From contig JAZDKK010000062.1 in NCBI GenBank assembly GCA_043803015.1, positions 391 through 64,390 on the forward strand: a stretch of 64,000 nt of DNA, written 5' to 3'. Under the pieces are notes generated by a model. It saw only the letters and a list, made by a program, of their open reading frames with translations. It searched no databases and had not been told where the DNA came from. Made by a program: the position numbers and the translations under genes. Of the stretch, positions 9,419 through 16,613 are shown one piece after another. Numbering within the stretch: the stretch's first letter is position 1; each line of letters opens with the position of its first letter. Source of the stretch: Verrucomicrobiota bacterium (GTDB lineage: Bacteria; Verrucomicrobiota; Kiritimatiellia; CAIQIC01; JAGNIJ01).

Positions 9419-10447
9419 ATGAAGGTGACCATCAAGGATCTCGCCGCGGAGTTCGGCGTAGACAAGGCAACCGCTTCCCGCGCCCTGCGAGGCAAGCCCG
9501 GCGTCAGTTCGGAACTGCGCGACAGAATCGTCGCCGGAGCCAAGACCCTCGGCTTCTTCCCCAACGCGCAGGCGCGAAGTCTCGCCACAGGCAAGACGGA
9601 AACCCTCGCCCTCGTCTTCTGCGACGAGACCAGCTGGTTCTTCGAGAACCCCTTCTACTCCGGCGTCCTCGCGGGCATCGCGTCCGAGTCCAACGCCCGC
9701 GGGTTCACCCTGGCCTTCCACTCCCTCGCGTCGGCGAAGTTCCGGCCGGGAGATTCGCTGCCGAAGGAAATACGCGGACACCGGGCCGACGGCTTCCTCT
9801 TCGTCGGCGACCAGAACGACGCGCTCATCACGGCCGTTTCCGAGGCGCGATATCCCGTCGTGCTCGTGGATCACTCCGTGCCCGGCGCGGACCTCCCGGC
9901 GGTCACCGTGGCCAATACGAGCGGCGCGCGGTCGGCTGTCGAATACCTCATTTCACTGGGCCACCGACGAATCGGGTTCGTCAGCGGATGGCTGAAGAGC
10001 CCGAGCTATCGCGAACGATTGGCCGGTTACAAGGCGGCCTTGCAGGCCCACCGATGCGATCGCGATCCTTCCCTGGTTCGGACCCACGGGAAGGATGCGG
10101 GCTACGAGGGCATGCGTGAGCTGCTCGCTCTCCCTTCGCCGCCCACCGCGGTCTTCGCGGCCAACGATGTCCTCGCGGTCACCGCCGTCGCGGCCATCCA
10201 TCACAAGGGGCTGCGCATTCCTCAGGACGTCAGCATCATGGGGTTCGACGACTCGCGCTGTGCCACCGACACGTGGCCGCCGCTGACCACGATGCGTGTC
10301 GACAAGAGACTCATGGGACAGCTTGCCGTGCGCAAGCTCATCGGCTTGATCCAGCGCAAAGACGCCGGACCGCGTCAGACGCCTCTGGACGTCAACTTGG
10401 TGATCCGCGATTCCACGGGGCCCAACCTCACACGGCCCAACGCCTGA
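9419..10447 (+). CDS. LacI family transcriptional regulator
   Basis: The N-terminal HTH is MKVTIKDLAAEFGVDKATASRALRGKPGVSSELRDRIVAGAKTLGFFPNAQARSL. It is followed by a periplasmic-binding-protein-like sugar-binding core (342 aa). GGAGG lies upstream of the ATG. Confidence 0.92.
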   Translation: MKVTIKDLAAEFGVDKATASRALRGKPGVSSELRDRIVAGAKTLGFFPNAQARSLATGKTETLALVFCDETSWFFENPFYSGVLAGIASESNARGFTLAFHSLASAKFRPGDSLPKEIRGHRADGFLFVGDQNDALITAVSEARYPVVLVDHSVPGADLPAVTVANTSGARSAVEYLISLGHRRIGFVSGWLKSPSYRERLAGYKAALQAHRCDRDPSLVRTHGKDAGYEGMRELLALPSPPTAVFAANDVLAVTAVAAIHHKGLRIPQDVSIMGFDDSRCATDTWPPLTTMRVDKRLMGQLAVRKLIGLIQRKDAGPRQTPLDVNLVIRDSTGPNLTRPNA

Positions 10448-10625
10448 CGCGGATCGGGCTGGCCGCCTCTTGGTTGTGGACGCATTCATCGGCCCTTCAC
10501 CTCTCTCGGTAACCTCCGCGGTTCTTTCGCGGCCGGCCACAACGACCTCCAGCGCGCCTGCCGCAACTGCAACTTCCTCAAGGTCTGCCCGAAGTGGACG
10601 CGCCAGCGCCTTCGCCCTCCGGGCT

Positions 10626-10658
10626 TCCGCCGTCGCCGACGGCTTCGGCGGACAAGTC
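10626..10658. repeat. REP-like hairpin module (TCCGCC-N15-GGCGGA followed by CAAGTC), in inverted orientation
   Basis: The reverse complement reads gacttgTCCGCCgaagccgtcggcgacGGCGGAag. This matches the module gacttgTCCGCCgtagccttggcgaaGGCGGAag in the element at 11896..12010. A degenerate copy of the CCCCTCC region follows at about 10700..10725. Confidence 0.5.
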
Positions 10659-10733
10659 GGCGAGGCAGGCAAGATGCCCATGCGGAGAGCCTCCGGTCCC
10701 CGCGTCCTCCCTCTTTGGGGCTGATCACGGGAA

Positions 10734-10785
10734 CTTGACAATACTTCCACGTCGTACTTGACAATTACCTGACAATAAGTATTGT
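10734..10785 (+). promoter_or_regulatory. Upstream copy of a 40-bp module (CTTGACAAT-N14-CTTGACAAT-N2-CCTGAC), overlapping a putative TTGACA-N16-TATTGT promoter
   Basis: CTTGACAAT starts at 10734 and 10757 (23-bp spacing), and CCTGAC is at 10768. TTGACA (10758..10763) is 16 nt from TATTGT (10780..10785). Only 6 nt separate the -10 box from ATG 10792 and there is no Shine-Dalgarno sequence, so the mRNA may be leaderless. Confidence 0.45.
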
Positions 10786-10791
10786 GGCGAC

Positions 10792-11835
10792 ATGAAGGCC
10801 AGCCAATCGATTCTCGCCCGCCTCCGCCGGGGCCCCGCCAGCGGGTCCGGGCTGGCCCGGGCGCTTGGCGTGTCGCGCCAGGCCGTCCACGAACACCTGA
10901 AAGCGCTGTCCGGACACGGGCTGATCGTCAAGGAGGGGGTGACGCGCGGCGCCCGATACCGGATCGCCGGCCGAAGGGAGCAAGGAAGCGCCGTCCGCAC
11001 GGTCAGGCGGCTTCTCGATCTTCACGGCCTGGAAGAGGACCGCGTGTTCGACGAGATCAGCACGGCCCTGGGGCTGGCGCGCCGGACGGGGGAGCGCGCG
11101 CAGGAGATTGCCCAGTACGCCTTTTCGGAGCTGCTCAACAACGCCATCGAGCATTCGCGGTCGCCGAAGGGCCTGGTCGAGGCCCGACTCGACCCCTACG
11201 CCTGCTCCTTCGTGATCCGCGACTATGGAATCGGCGTATTCCAGTCCATGGCCGCGAAGTTCATGCTCCAGGATGAGAGCGCAGCGCTGTTCGAGATCCT
11301 GAAGGGCAAGCGGACCACGGCACCGGAGAGGCACAGCGGCGAGGGCATCTTCTTCACCTCCAAGGCGGTGGATCGCATCCTGTTTCGCTCCCACCGCCTC
11401 CGGCTGGAGATTGACAACCTGCACCCCGACGTCGTCGTCGAGGAGGCGCGTCTTCTCAAGGGCACCGAGGTCCGCTTCTTCGTGGCGCGACACGCAAGGC
11501 GGCGCCTGGGAGACGTCTTCGCGAAGTTCGCGCCGGAGGAATTCGACTTCCGCTTCGAGAAGACGCGCGTCCTGGTTCGCCTTCTCGGGAACGACTACGT
11601 ATCGCGCTCGGAAGCCCGGAGGCTCCTGGCCGGGCTGGACCGGTTCAAGGAGATCGAGCTCGATTTCGAGGGCGTGCAGCGACTGGGCCAGGGGTTTGCG
11701 GACGAGATCTTCCGCGTCTTCCGGCGCGCCCATCCGGGGATCGCCCTCCGCGCGGTCAACGTCCGCCCGCCGCTCCAGGCGATGATCCGGCACAGCCTTG
11801 ACAATACTGTTTCATCTAGCTTGACAATATCCTGA
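10792..11835 (+). CDS. Fusion protein: winged-HTH + GHKL/HATPase_c (RsbW/SpoIIAB-like) + C-terminal STAS-like DUF4325 domain
   Basis: HTH: ILARLRRGPASGSGLARALGVSRQAVHEHLKALSGHGLIVKEG. ATPase N-box ELLNNAIEHS, G1 box IRDYGIGV, G2 box HSGEGIFF. The C-terminus LDFEGVQRLGQGFADEIFRVFRRAHPG is typical of DUF4325. 347 aa. Confidence 0.8.
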   Translation: MKASQSILARLRRGPASGSGLARALGVSRQAVHEHLKALSGHGLIVKEGVTRGARYRIAGRREQGSAVRTVRRLLDLHGLEEDRVFDEISTALGLARRTGERAQEIAQYAFSELLNNAIEHSRSPKGLVEARLDPYACSFVIRDYGIGVFQSMAAKFMLQDESAALFEILKGKRTTAPERHSGEGIFFTSKAVDRILFRSHRLRLEIDNLHPDVVVEEARLLKGTEVRFFVARHARRRLGDVFAKFAPEEFDFRFEKTRVLVRLLGNDYVSRSEARRLLAGLDRFKEIELDFEGVQRLGQGFADEIFRVFRRAHPGIALRAVNVRPPLQAMIRHSLDNTVSSSLTIS

Positions 11836-11836
11836 C
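11797..11836 (+). repeat. Downstream copy of the 40-bp CTTGACAAT-N14-CTTGACAAT-N2-CCTGAC module
   Basis: CTTGACAAT starts at 11797 and 11820 (23-bp spacing) and CCTGAC is at 11831, the same internal spacing as the upstream copy. It overlaps the last codons and the stop of the 10792..11835 gene. Confidence 0.6.
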
Positions 11837-11895
11837 GAAATCGCCCGCCGCCGGCGCGATTTCCTTGAGGTGGACCTGAAGTGGACGCAGGGGTG

Positions 11896-12010
11896 ACCCA
11901 CCCCTCCCGTCCCCTCCGGGGAGCGGACGCCGATGTGCCGGTCCCCTCCCTCGGAGGGGTGCCCGACTTGTCCGCCGTAGCCTTGGCGAAGGCGGAAGGG
12001 CGGGGTGGGT
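11896..12010 (+). repeat. REP/MITE-like element, copy A (115 bp): 9-bp terminal inverted repeats ACCCACCCC / GGGGTGGGT, a CCCCTCC-N3-GGAGGGG hairpin, and a GTAG-containing hairpin module
   Basis: The 5' end acccacccctcccgtcccctccg is identical in copies A, B and C. Hairpin cccctccctcggagggg; module gacttgtccgccGTAGccttggcgaaggcgga; 3' end ggggtgggt. Confidence 0.8.
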
Positions 12011-12023
12011 AGAGAGGCACCGT

Positions 12024-12875
12024 ATGCGCATGAAGATCGTTCGAAGGTTCGCGCTCTTCGCGGCCGCCGCGGGCATCGCCCTGCTGACGGCAGGACACGC
12101 CGCGGCGCAGACGACGACGATCAGGGTCGCCCTCTGCCAGATCTTCTGCGTTGACGGCGACCGCGCCGGCAATTTCGTCCGGATGGAGAACGCCCTGGCC
12201 GAGGCCAGGCAGAAAGGCGCCGACCTCGCGTGCTTTCCCGAATGCGCCGTGCTGGGATGGGTCAATCCCGACGCCCACCGGCGCGCGTACCCGATCCCCG
12301 GCCCGGACTCGGATCGCCTGTGCGAGCTGGCAAAGAAATACCGGATGCATGTGTGCGCCGGATTGGACGAGAAGGACGGGACCAACCTGTACGACACCGC
12401 CGTGCTCATCAGCGACGAGGGCAAGCTCCTGCTCAAGCACCACAAGATGCACAACCTCGACAACGACCACCTGATCGAGCCGCCCTACACGTCGGGGCAC
12501 GACATCCGGGCCGTGGACACGAAGCTCGGCAGAATCGGCCTCCTGATCTGTGCCGACACGTTCATTGACGACTTCCTGAGAAAGATGGCGGATTTGAAAC
12601 CGGGCCTCGTCCTGGTTCCGTACGGCTGGGTCGGAGCGGAGAACGATTGGCCCGGCCACGGCCAGAATCTGGTCAACGTCGTCCGGCACGCAGCCGAGGT
12701 CATCGGCGCGCCGGTGGTCGGCACGGACTCCGTGGGGGAAGTCACGCACGGCCCGTGGGCGGGGCGCACCTACGGCGGCTTCAGCAACGTTTCAGACCGG
12801 CGCGGCCAGACCTTGGCGGTCGCCAAGGACCGGGACCGGGACGTCCTGATCGTCCCGATCGAGGTGGGGCGATAG
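12024..12875 (+). CDS. Carbon-nitrogen hydrolase (nitrilase superfamily) with an N-terminal signal peptide
   Basis: Signal MRMKIVRRFALFAAAAGIALLTAGHAAA. Glu-Lys-Cys triad contexts: ACFPECAV, LLLKHHKMH, GLLICADTF. 283 aa. The start could be ATG 12024 or 12030. Confidence 0.8.
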   Translation: MRMKIVRRFALFAAAAGIALLTAGHAAAQTTTIRVALCQIFCVDGDRAGNFVRMENALAEARQKGADLACFPECAVLGWVNPDAHRRAYPIPGPDSDRLCELAKKYRMHVCAGLDEKDGTNLYDTAVLISDEGKLLLKHHKMHNLDNDHLIEPPYTSGHDIRAVDTKLGRIGLLICADTFIDDFLRKMADLKPGLVLVPYGWVGAENDWPGHGQNLVNVVRHAAEVIGAPVVGTDSVGEVTHGPWAGRTYGGFSNVSDRRGQTLAVAKDRDRDVLIVPIEVGR

Positions 12876-12912
12876 CTGGCGCGAATAGCTGCAAGGGCGC
12901 GCCGGAAGCGGT

Positions 12913-12958
12913 GGATCGCGTTGCCCCCAACGCGATCCGCGCGATGAGGGCATCGCGC
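12913..12958 (+). terminator. Two consecutive GC-rich hairpins downstream of the nitrilase-family gene, followed by a T7 run at 12982..12988
   Basis: GGATCGCGTTG-cccc-CAACGCGATCC (12913..12938) and GCGCGATG-aggg-CATCGCGC (12939..12958). The T-run is not directly adjacent, so this is not a textbook intrinsic terminator. Confidence 0.35.
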
Positions 12959-12986
12959 GCCACCAAGCCCGCCCGGCCCCGTTTTT

Positions 12987-13032
12987 TTCCAAACGTTGGA
13001 AGTTTTCCCCGCCGATTTTCCAAGCCTTGGAA
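12987..13032. repeat. Pair of TTCCAA-N3-TTGGAA palindromes with starts 31 bp apart
   Basis: TTCCAAacgTTGGAA (12987..13001) and TTCCAAgccTTGGAA (13018..13032). The second extends to the 23-bp palindrome GATTTTCCAAgccTTGGAAAATC. The pair ends 10 bp from the stop of the 13042..14991 gene. Confidence 0.6.
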
Positions 13033-13041
13033 AATCGGGTC

Positions 13042-14991
13042 CTACCGCTCCACGCCGACGCGGTAGAAGCGGTAGAGGGCCGGGGCTGCGGGATCGGTGT
13101 ACGTGTTCTCCGGCGGAGTGGCCGGAATGTTGGTGGCTAGCGGCCAAAACTCGGCAACAGGCACCAGGTTGCTTCCGCGGCCGACGGCATACCACCGATT
13201 CGTCACGCTGAGCCACCGGACCAGCACGTCTCGGTTCGTGCTTCGCCCGGTCCACTTCACCCGGAAGAACGATGACCCGAGCACCGGGTCCGTTCCCGCC
13301 CACACTTCATCCCCGTCGCCTTGTGTATCGCCGTCGGTATCCGGGTTCGTCCAGTCCGTGCCGTACTTCGCCCGCTCATCGTAATCGCTGAGCCCGTCGG
13401 AATCGGCATCCGCCCACGGATTCCCATGTTCGTAGCAGCCCATGTCGAACTCTGCCGTGCCGCTGTTGTTGCCGTCGAGCGGCCGCTCCGTCCCCTCGAG
13501 GTCGTTCGTGATCCCGAAGGCCGCCAGGTTCGTGCCGGTGTCGATGCAGGGCGAGTTGGTCAGCAGGTGGTAGTTGCCCGCCGCGGCGTTCACGAACTGT
13601 GGATCATTCGTGATGTTACCGGTGCCGCCGGGATCGGTGGATGTGCAGCTATACGAAAAGCCAGAACCAGCCCAATTGAAGCACTGGTTGAAGTAGCTGA
13701 TCACGTTCACAACGGCGCTGTTGCTGTAGGCTTCAACGCCCGCGACGGACGGGGGAGGCTCGCACGTGTTGCTGGCCACCGTCGAGTTCTGCAGCACACT
13801 GTTCTCGCAATGGACTCCTCCGTTGAGGTCGTCGACCACCAGGCAGTTGACCGCGCGGCTCGCGCCGGCGAGACCCAAGCCGCCGCCCGTGCCCGAAAAC
13901 GCGACGGAGAATGCGAACCGCCTGAGCGCACCGTTTCCTCTTATGCTGCAATCCCTCACGCTGCACTGGTTGACCGCGTAGACTCCGCCCCCGCAGCAAT
14001 CACCCCATGGCGGGGTTCCTGGTCCAGTTGCCCCTCCAGCCATGGTCGAGTTGCTGACGACCGAGCAACTCGTGACGGCGGACGTGTTGCAGGCATAGAC
14101 TCCGCCGCCGAGCCCATCGCCGCCACTCCCCGTGCCCGTCGCGCCCCCGCCCGGTCCGTCGGCGTTCTGCCCGTACGCCGTGTTGTTGGAGACAGCACAG
14201 GTCTCTAGGCGGCTTCCGTTGGACAGATAGACTCCGCCGCCGAACCCGCTGCCACCGTCAAGCTTACTCGACGTGCTGGCGTAGCCTGCGGCGCCGCCAT
14301 TCCCGCTGTTGCCCCTGATCGTGCAGAGCCTCACAACGCTCGAATTGTCGGCGAACACCCCGCCCCCGTGGCCGTCCCCGCCGTTTCCTCCAGGTGTGGC
14401 CCACATCGGGTCCCCCCCGCCGTACCCTCCGTTGGCGGTGTTGCCCGCCACGTCACAGCGCTCCACGAAACTGCCATGATCGCAGTAGACCCCGCCGCCG
14501 TACCCCGGATCGCCGTGATCGCCATAGTAGGCCCAATTCTCGCCATTGGCTGAGTTGCTGACGATCAGGCAATTCCGAACTGCCGACCCGTGATCGGCGA
14601 AAACGCCGCCTCCTCCGCTGGTGTTGCGTCCGTGCGTGACGGTGAAGCCGTCGATCAGCGCATTCGAATGGTTCAGGTAGAAGCAGCGATTCGACCAACT
14701 TCCGTCCACGGTCGTGTGCGCCGCGCCCCAGGCGCTCCGAACGGTTGCGCCGTTCGTGACTACGACCTGGGTGAAAACCCGATAGTACCCGTCGGTGACC
14801 ACGACGCTCTCTCCCTCCGTCGCCGCGTTGATCGCCTGCTGGATGTTCGTCGCAGCCGTCACCCAGTTGGTGTACGGCGGAACGGGGTTCGTGGAGGCGA
14901 GGTCAACGTAATGAGTGTCGGCAGAGGCAAGGCCCAGGAAGAGCGGCAAGAACAGCAGACCCAACGACCACCTGACAGCCCGTGTGTGCAT
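13042..14991 (-). CDS. Secreted right-handed beta-helix protein with thrombospondin-type-3-like Asp-rich repeats and a conserved C-terminal domain ending YRFYRVGVER
   Basis: I prefer the start at internal ATG 14991 (MHTRAVRWSLGLLFLPLFLGLASA signal peptide) over the track start at 15087. It has GGG(V/I)(Y/F)-type parallel beta-helix repeats. DADSDGLSDYDE...NPDTDGDTQGDGDE is calcium-binding-like. It is a paralog of 15118..16473. Confidence 0.8.
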   Translation of the reverse strand: MHTRAVRWSLGLLFLPLFLGLASADTHYVDLASTNPVPPYTNWVTAATNIQQAINAATEGESVVVTDGYYRVFTQVVVTNGATVRSAWGAAHTTVDGSWSNRCFYLNHSNALIDGFTVTHGRNTSGGGGVFADHGSAVRNCLIVSNSANGENWAYYGDHGDPGYGGGVYCDHGSFVERCDVAGNTANGGYGGGDPMWATPGGNGGDGHGGGVFADNSSVVRLCTIRGNSGNGGAAGYASTSSKLDGGSGFGGGVYLSNGSRLETCAVSNNTAYGQNADGPGGGATGTGSGGDGLGGGVYACNTSAVTSCSVVSNSTMAGGATGPGTPPWGDCCGGGVYAVNQCSVRDCSIRGNGALRRFAFSVAFSGTGGGLGLAGASRAVNCLVVDDLNGGVHCENSVLQNSTVASNTCEPPPSVAGVEAYSNSAVVNVISYFNQCFNWAGSGFSYSCTSTDPGGTGNITNDPQFVNAAAGNYHLLTNSPCIDTGTNLAAFGITNDLEGTERPLDGNNSGTAEFDMGCYEHGNPWADADSDGLSDYDERAKYGTDWTNPDTDGDTQGDGDEVWAGTDPVLGSSFFRVKWTGRSTNRDVLVRWLSVTNRWYAVGRGSNLVPVAEFWPLATNIPATPPENTYTDPAAPALYRFYRVGVER

Positions 14992-15061
14992 CCGCGCTCC
15001 CATTCCCCATTTCCATCGTACCCCCCCCGCCCGGCCGAAGAAAGCATGCAAAGCCGCGTTC

Positions 15062-15107
15062 TTCCAATCCTTGGAAAAACGGCCCAATAAACTTCCAATG
15101 TTTGGAA
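15062..15107. repeat. Second pair of TTCCAA-N3-TTGGAA palindromes with starts 31 bp apart
   Basis: TTCCAAtccTTGGAA (15062..15076) and (C)TTCCAAtgtTTGGAA(G) (15093..15107). The pair ends 11 bp from the stop of the 15118..16473 gene and lies upstream of the 14991 start. Confidence 0.6.
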
Positions 15108-15117
15108 GAATCCGGCG

Positions 15118-16473
15118 CTACCGCTGCACGCCCACGCGGTAGAAGCGGTACGCGGCGCCGACCACGTCCGTGTAGGTGTTCTCGGGCGGGCTGCTGGTGA
15201 CGTTGTTCGCCAGTGCGTAGAAGTTGGTGCCCCAAACCAGGTTGGTGGAGCGCAGCACGGTGTACTGTCGGTTGCTGATGCTGGGCCAGCGGACCAGCAG
15301 GCCGGTGTTGGTGGACAGGGCCGCCGAGGCGACGCGGAAGTAGGACGACGCGGCCAGCGGATCCGTCCCGGCCCACGTCTCATCGCCGTCGCGCTGGGTG
15401 TCGCCGTCGCAGTCCGGGTTCTTGGGGTTCGTGCCGTACACGTTCACCTCCGCCCCGTCCGTCAGGCCGTCGGCGTCCGCGTCCGTGTTCGTGCCGGCGA
15501 ATTCGAAGCAGCCCATGTCGTAGTTCGTGGAGCCGTCGGCGTCGCCGTCGAGTGGGCGCGGCACGCCGTCCAAGTCCTCCGGCAGACCGACCACGGACCA
15601 CGCCGTATCGATGCACGGCGATCCCTGGGCCAGGTGGAAGTTCCCGCTGGCCGTGTTCACGAACGCCGGGTTGCTGGCAATGTTGCCCGGCGCGATGATC
15701 AAGGGGGCCATGCAGGAGTAGGCGTAGACCCAGTCCGGGCCGGTGTTGAAGTAGTTGGAATCCGCGCCCCCCGAATTGTGGTAGATGATCGAGTTGCGCG
15801 AGGTGGCGGCGTTGTTGCAGTAGATGCCCCCGCCCTGGGCGGCGGTGTTGCTGCTGACCGTGCAGTGCTGGATCGTCCCGCCGCTCTCGAAGAAGACTCC
15901 CCCGCCCTGACCCGCCCAGTTGTCAACGACCAGGCAGTTCTGAAGGGTCCCGCCGTGGTACAGGTAGGCCCCGCCCCCGAAGGCCGGGGACCCGAAGAAC
16001 TTGGCCTGGTTGCTCTGGATGATGCAGTTCCGGACCACGCTGCCCGGCCAGCAGTAAACCCCGCCCCCGAAGCCGAAAGAGAGGGCGGCGTAGTCGGCGT
16101 TTCCGTTCCTGAGGGTAAACCCATCCACCACCGCGTTCGAATGATAGACGTAGAAGCAGCGGTCGGTGCCGCCGGCATCCACGATGGTGTGGGCAGCGCC
16201 GTTGACGCTCTGCACCGTGACGGCGCTGAAGAGCTGGAGCTCGGTCGTGATGCGGTACGTCCCGTTGCTCACCAGCACCAGGTCGCCGTTGGCCGCGAAC
16301 GCCAGCGCCTGCTGGATGTTCGTGGCCGCGATCGTCCACATCGTGTAGGGCGGCGACGGGATCGGGTTGTCCACCCTCACGTAGTAGGTGGTGCCGGCGG
16401 CCGCGGGCAGAGGAAGGGCCCGCCACGCGAGGCACGCGAGGGCCGCGCCGATGAGGAACCTGCGCCCGCTCAT
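15118..16473 (-). CDS. Secreted right-handed beta-helix protein, paralog of 13042..14991, with C-terminus YRFYRVGVQR
   Basis: Signal MSGRRFLIGAALACLAWRALPLPAAA. Beta-helix repeats (GGGVYC, GGGAYL, GGGVFF, GGGIYC). DADADGLTDGAE...NPDCDGDTQRDGDE. A GAAGGA ribosome-binding site lies upstream of the ATG. Confidence 0.85.
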   Translation of the reverse strand: MSGRRFLIGAALACLAWRALPLPAAAGTTYYVRVDNPIPSPPYTMWTIAATNIQQALAFAANGDLVLVSNGTYRITTELQLFSAVTVQSVNGAAHTIVDAGGTDRCFYVYHSNAVVDGFTLRNGNADYAALSFGFGGGVYCWPGSVVRNCIIQSNQAKFFGSPAFGGGAYLYHGGTLQNCLVVDNWAGQGGGVFFESGGTIQHCTVSSNTAAQGGGIYCNNAATSRNSIIYHNSGGADSNYFNTGPDWVYAYSCMAPLIIAPGNIASNPAFVNTASGNFHLAQGSPCIDTAWSVVGLPEDLDGVPRPLDGDADGSTNYDMGCFEFAGTNTDADADGLTDGAEVNVYGTNPKNPDCDGDTQRDGDETWAGTDPLAASSYFRVASAALSTNTGLLVRWPSISNRQYTVLRSTNLVWGTNFYALANNVTSSPPENTYTDVVGAAYRFYRVGVQR

Positions 16474-16613
16474 AAGACATCCTTCATTGGAAGAACACCT
16501 CTACAATACAACGCCGGCGGGTACCTTTGGAAGGAGCGACGACGCCGGCCCGAACCGCTTGATCTTCGGGCGGGCGTGTGTTTGGATGCGGCGTGTCGGA
16601 TCGGAGTCCGCGA

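Noticed and set aside
10448-10733. Possible small gene in the 285-bp GC-rich spacer (track ORFs 10470..10724 plus strand, 10486..10764 minus strand)
   Set aside because: The translations are Ala/Ser/Arg low-complexity and there is no ribosome-binding site. The region contains degenerate REP-like sequence, which accounts for the open frames.
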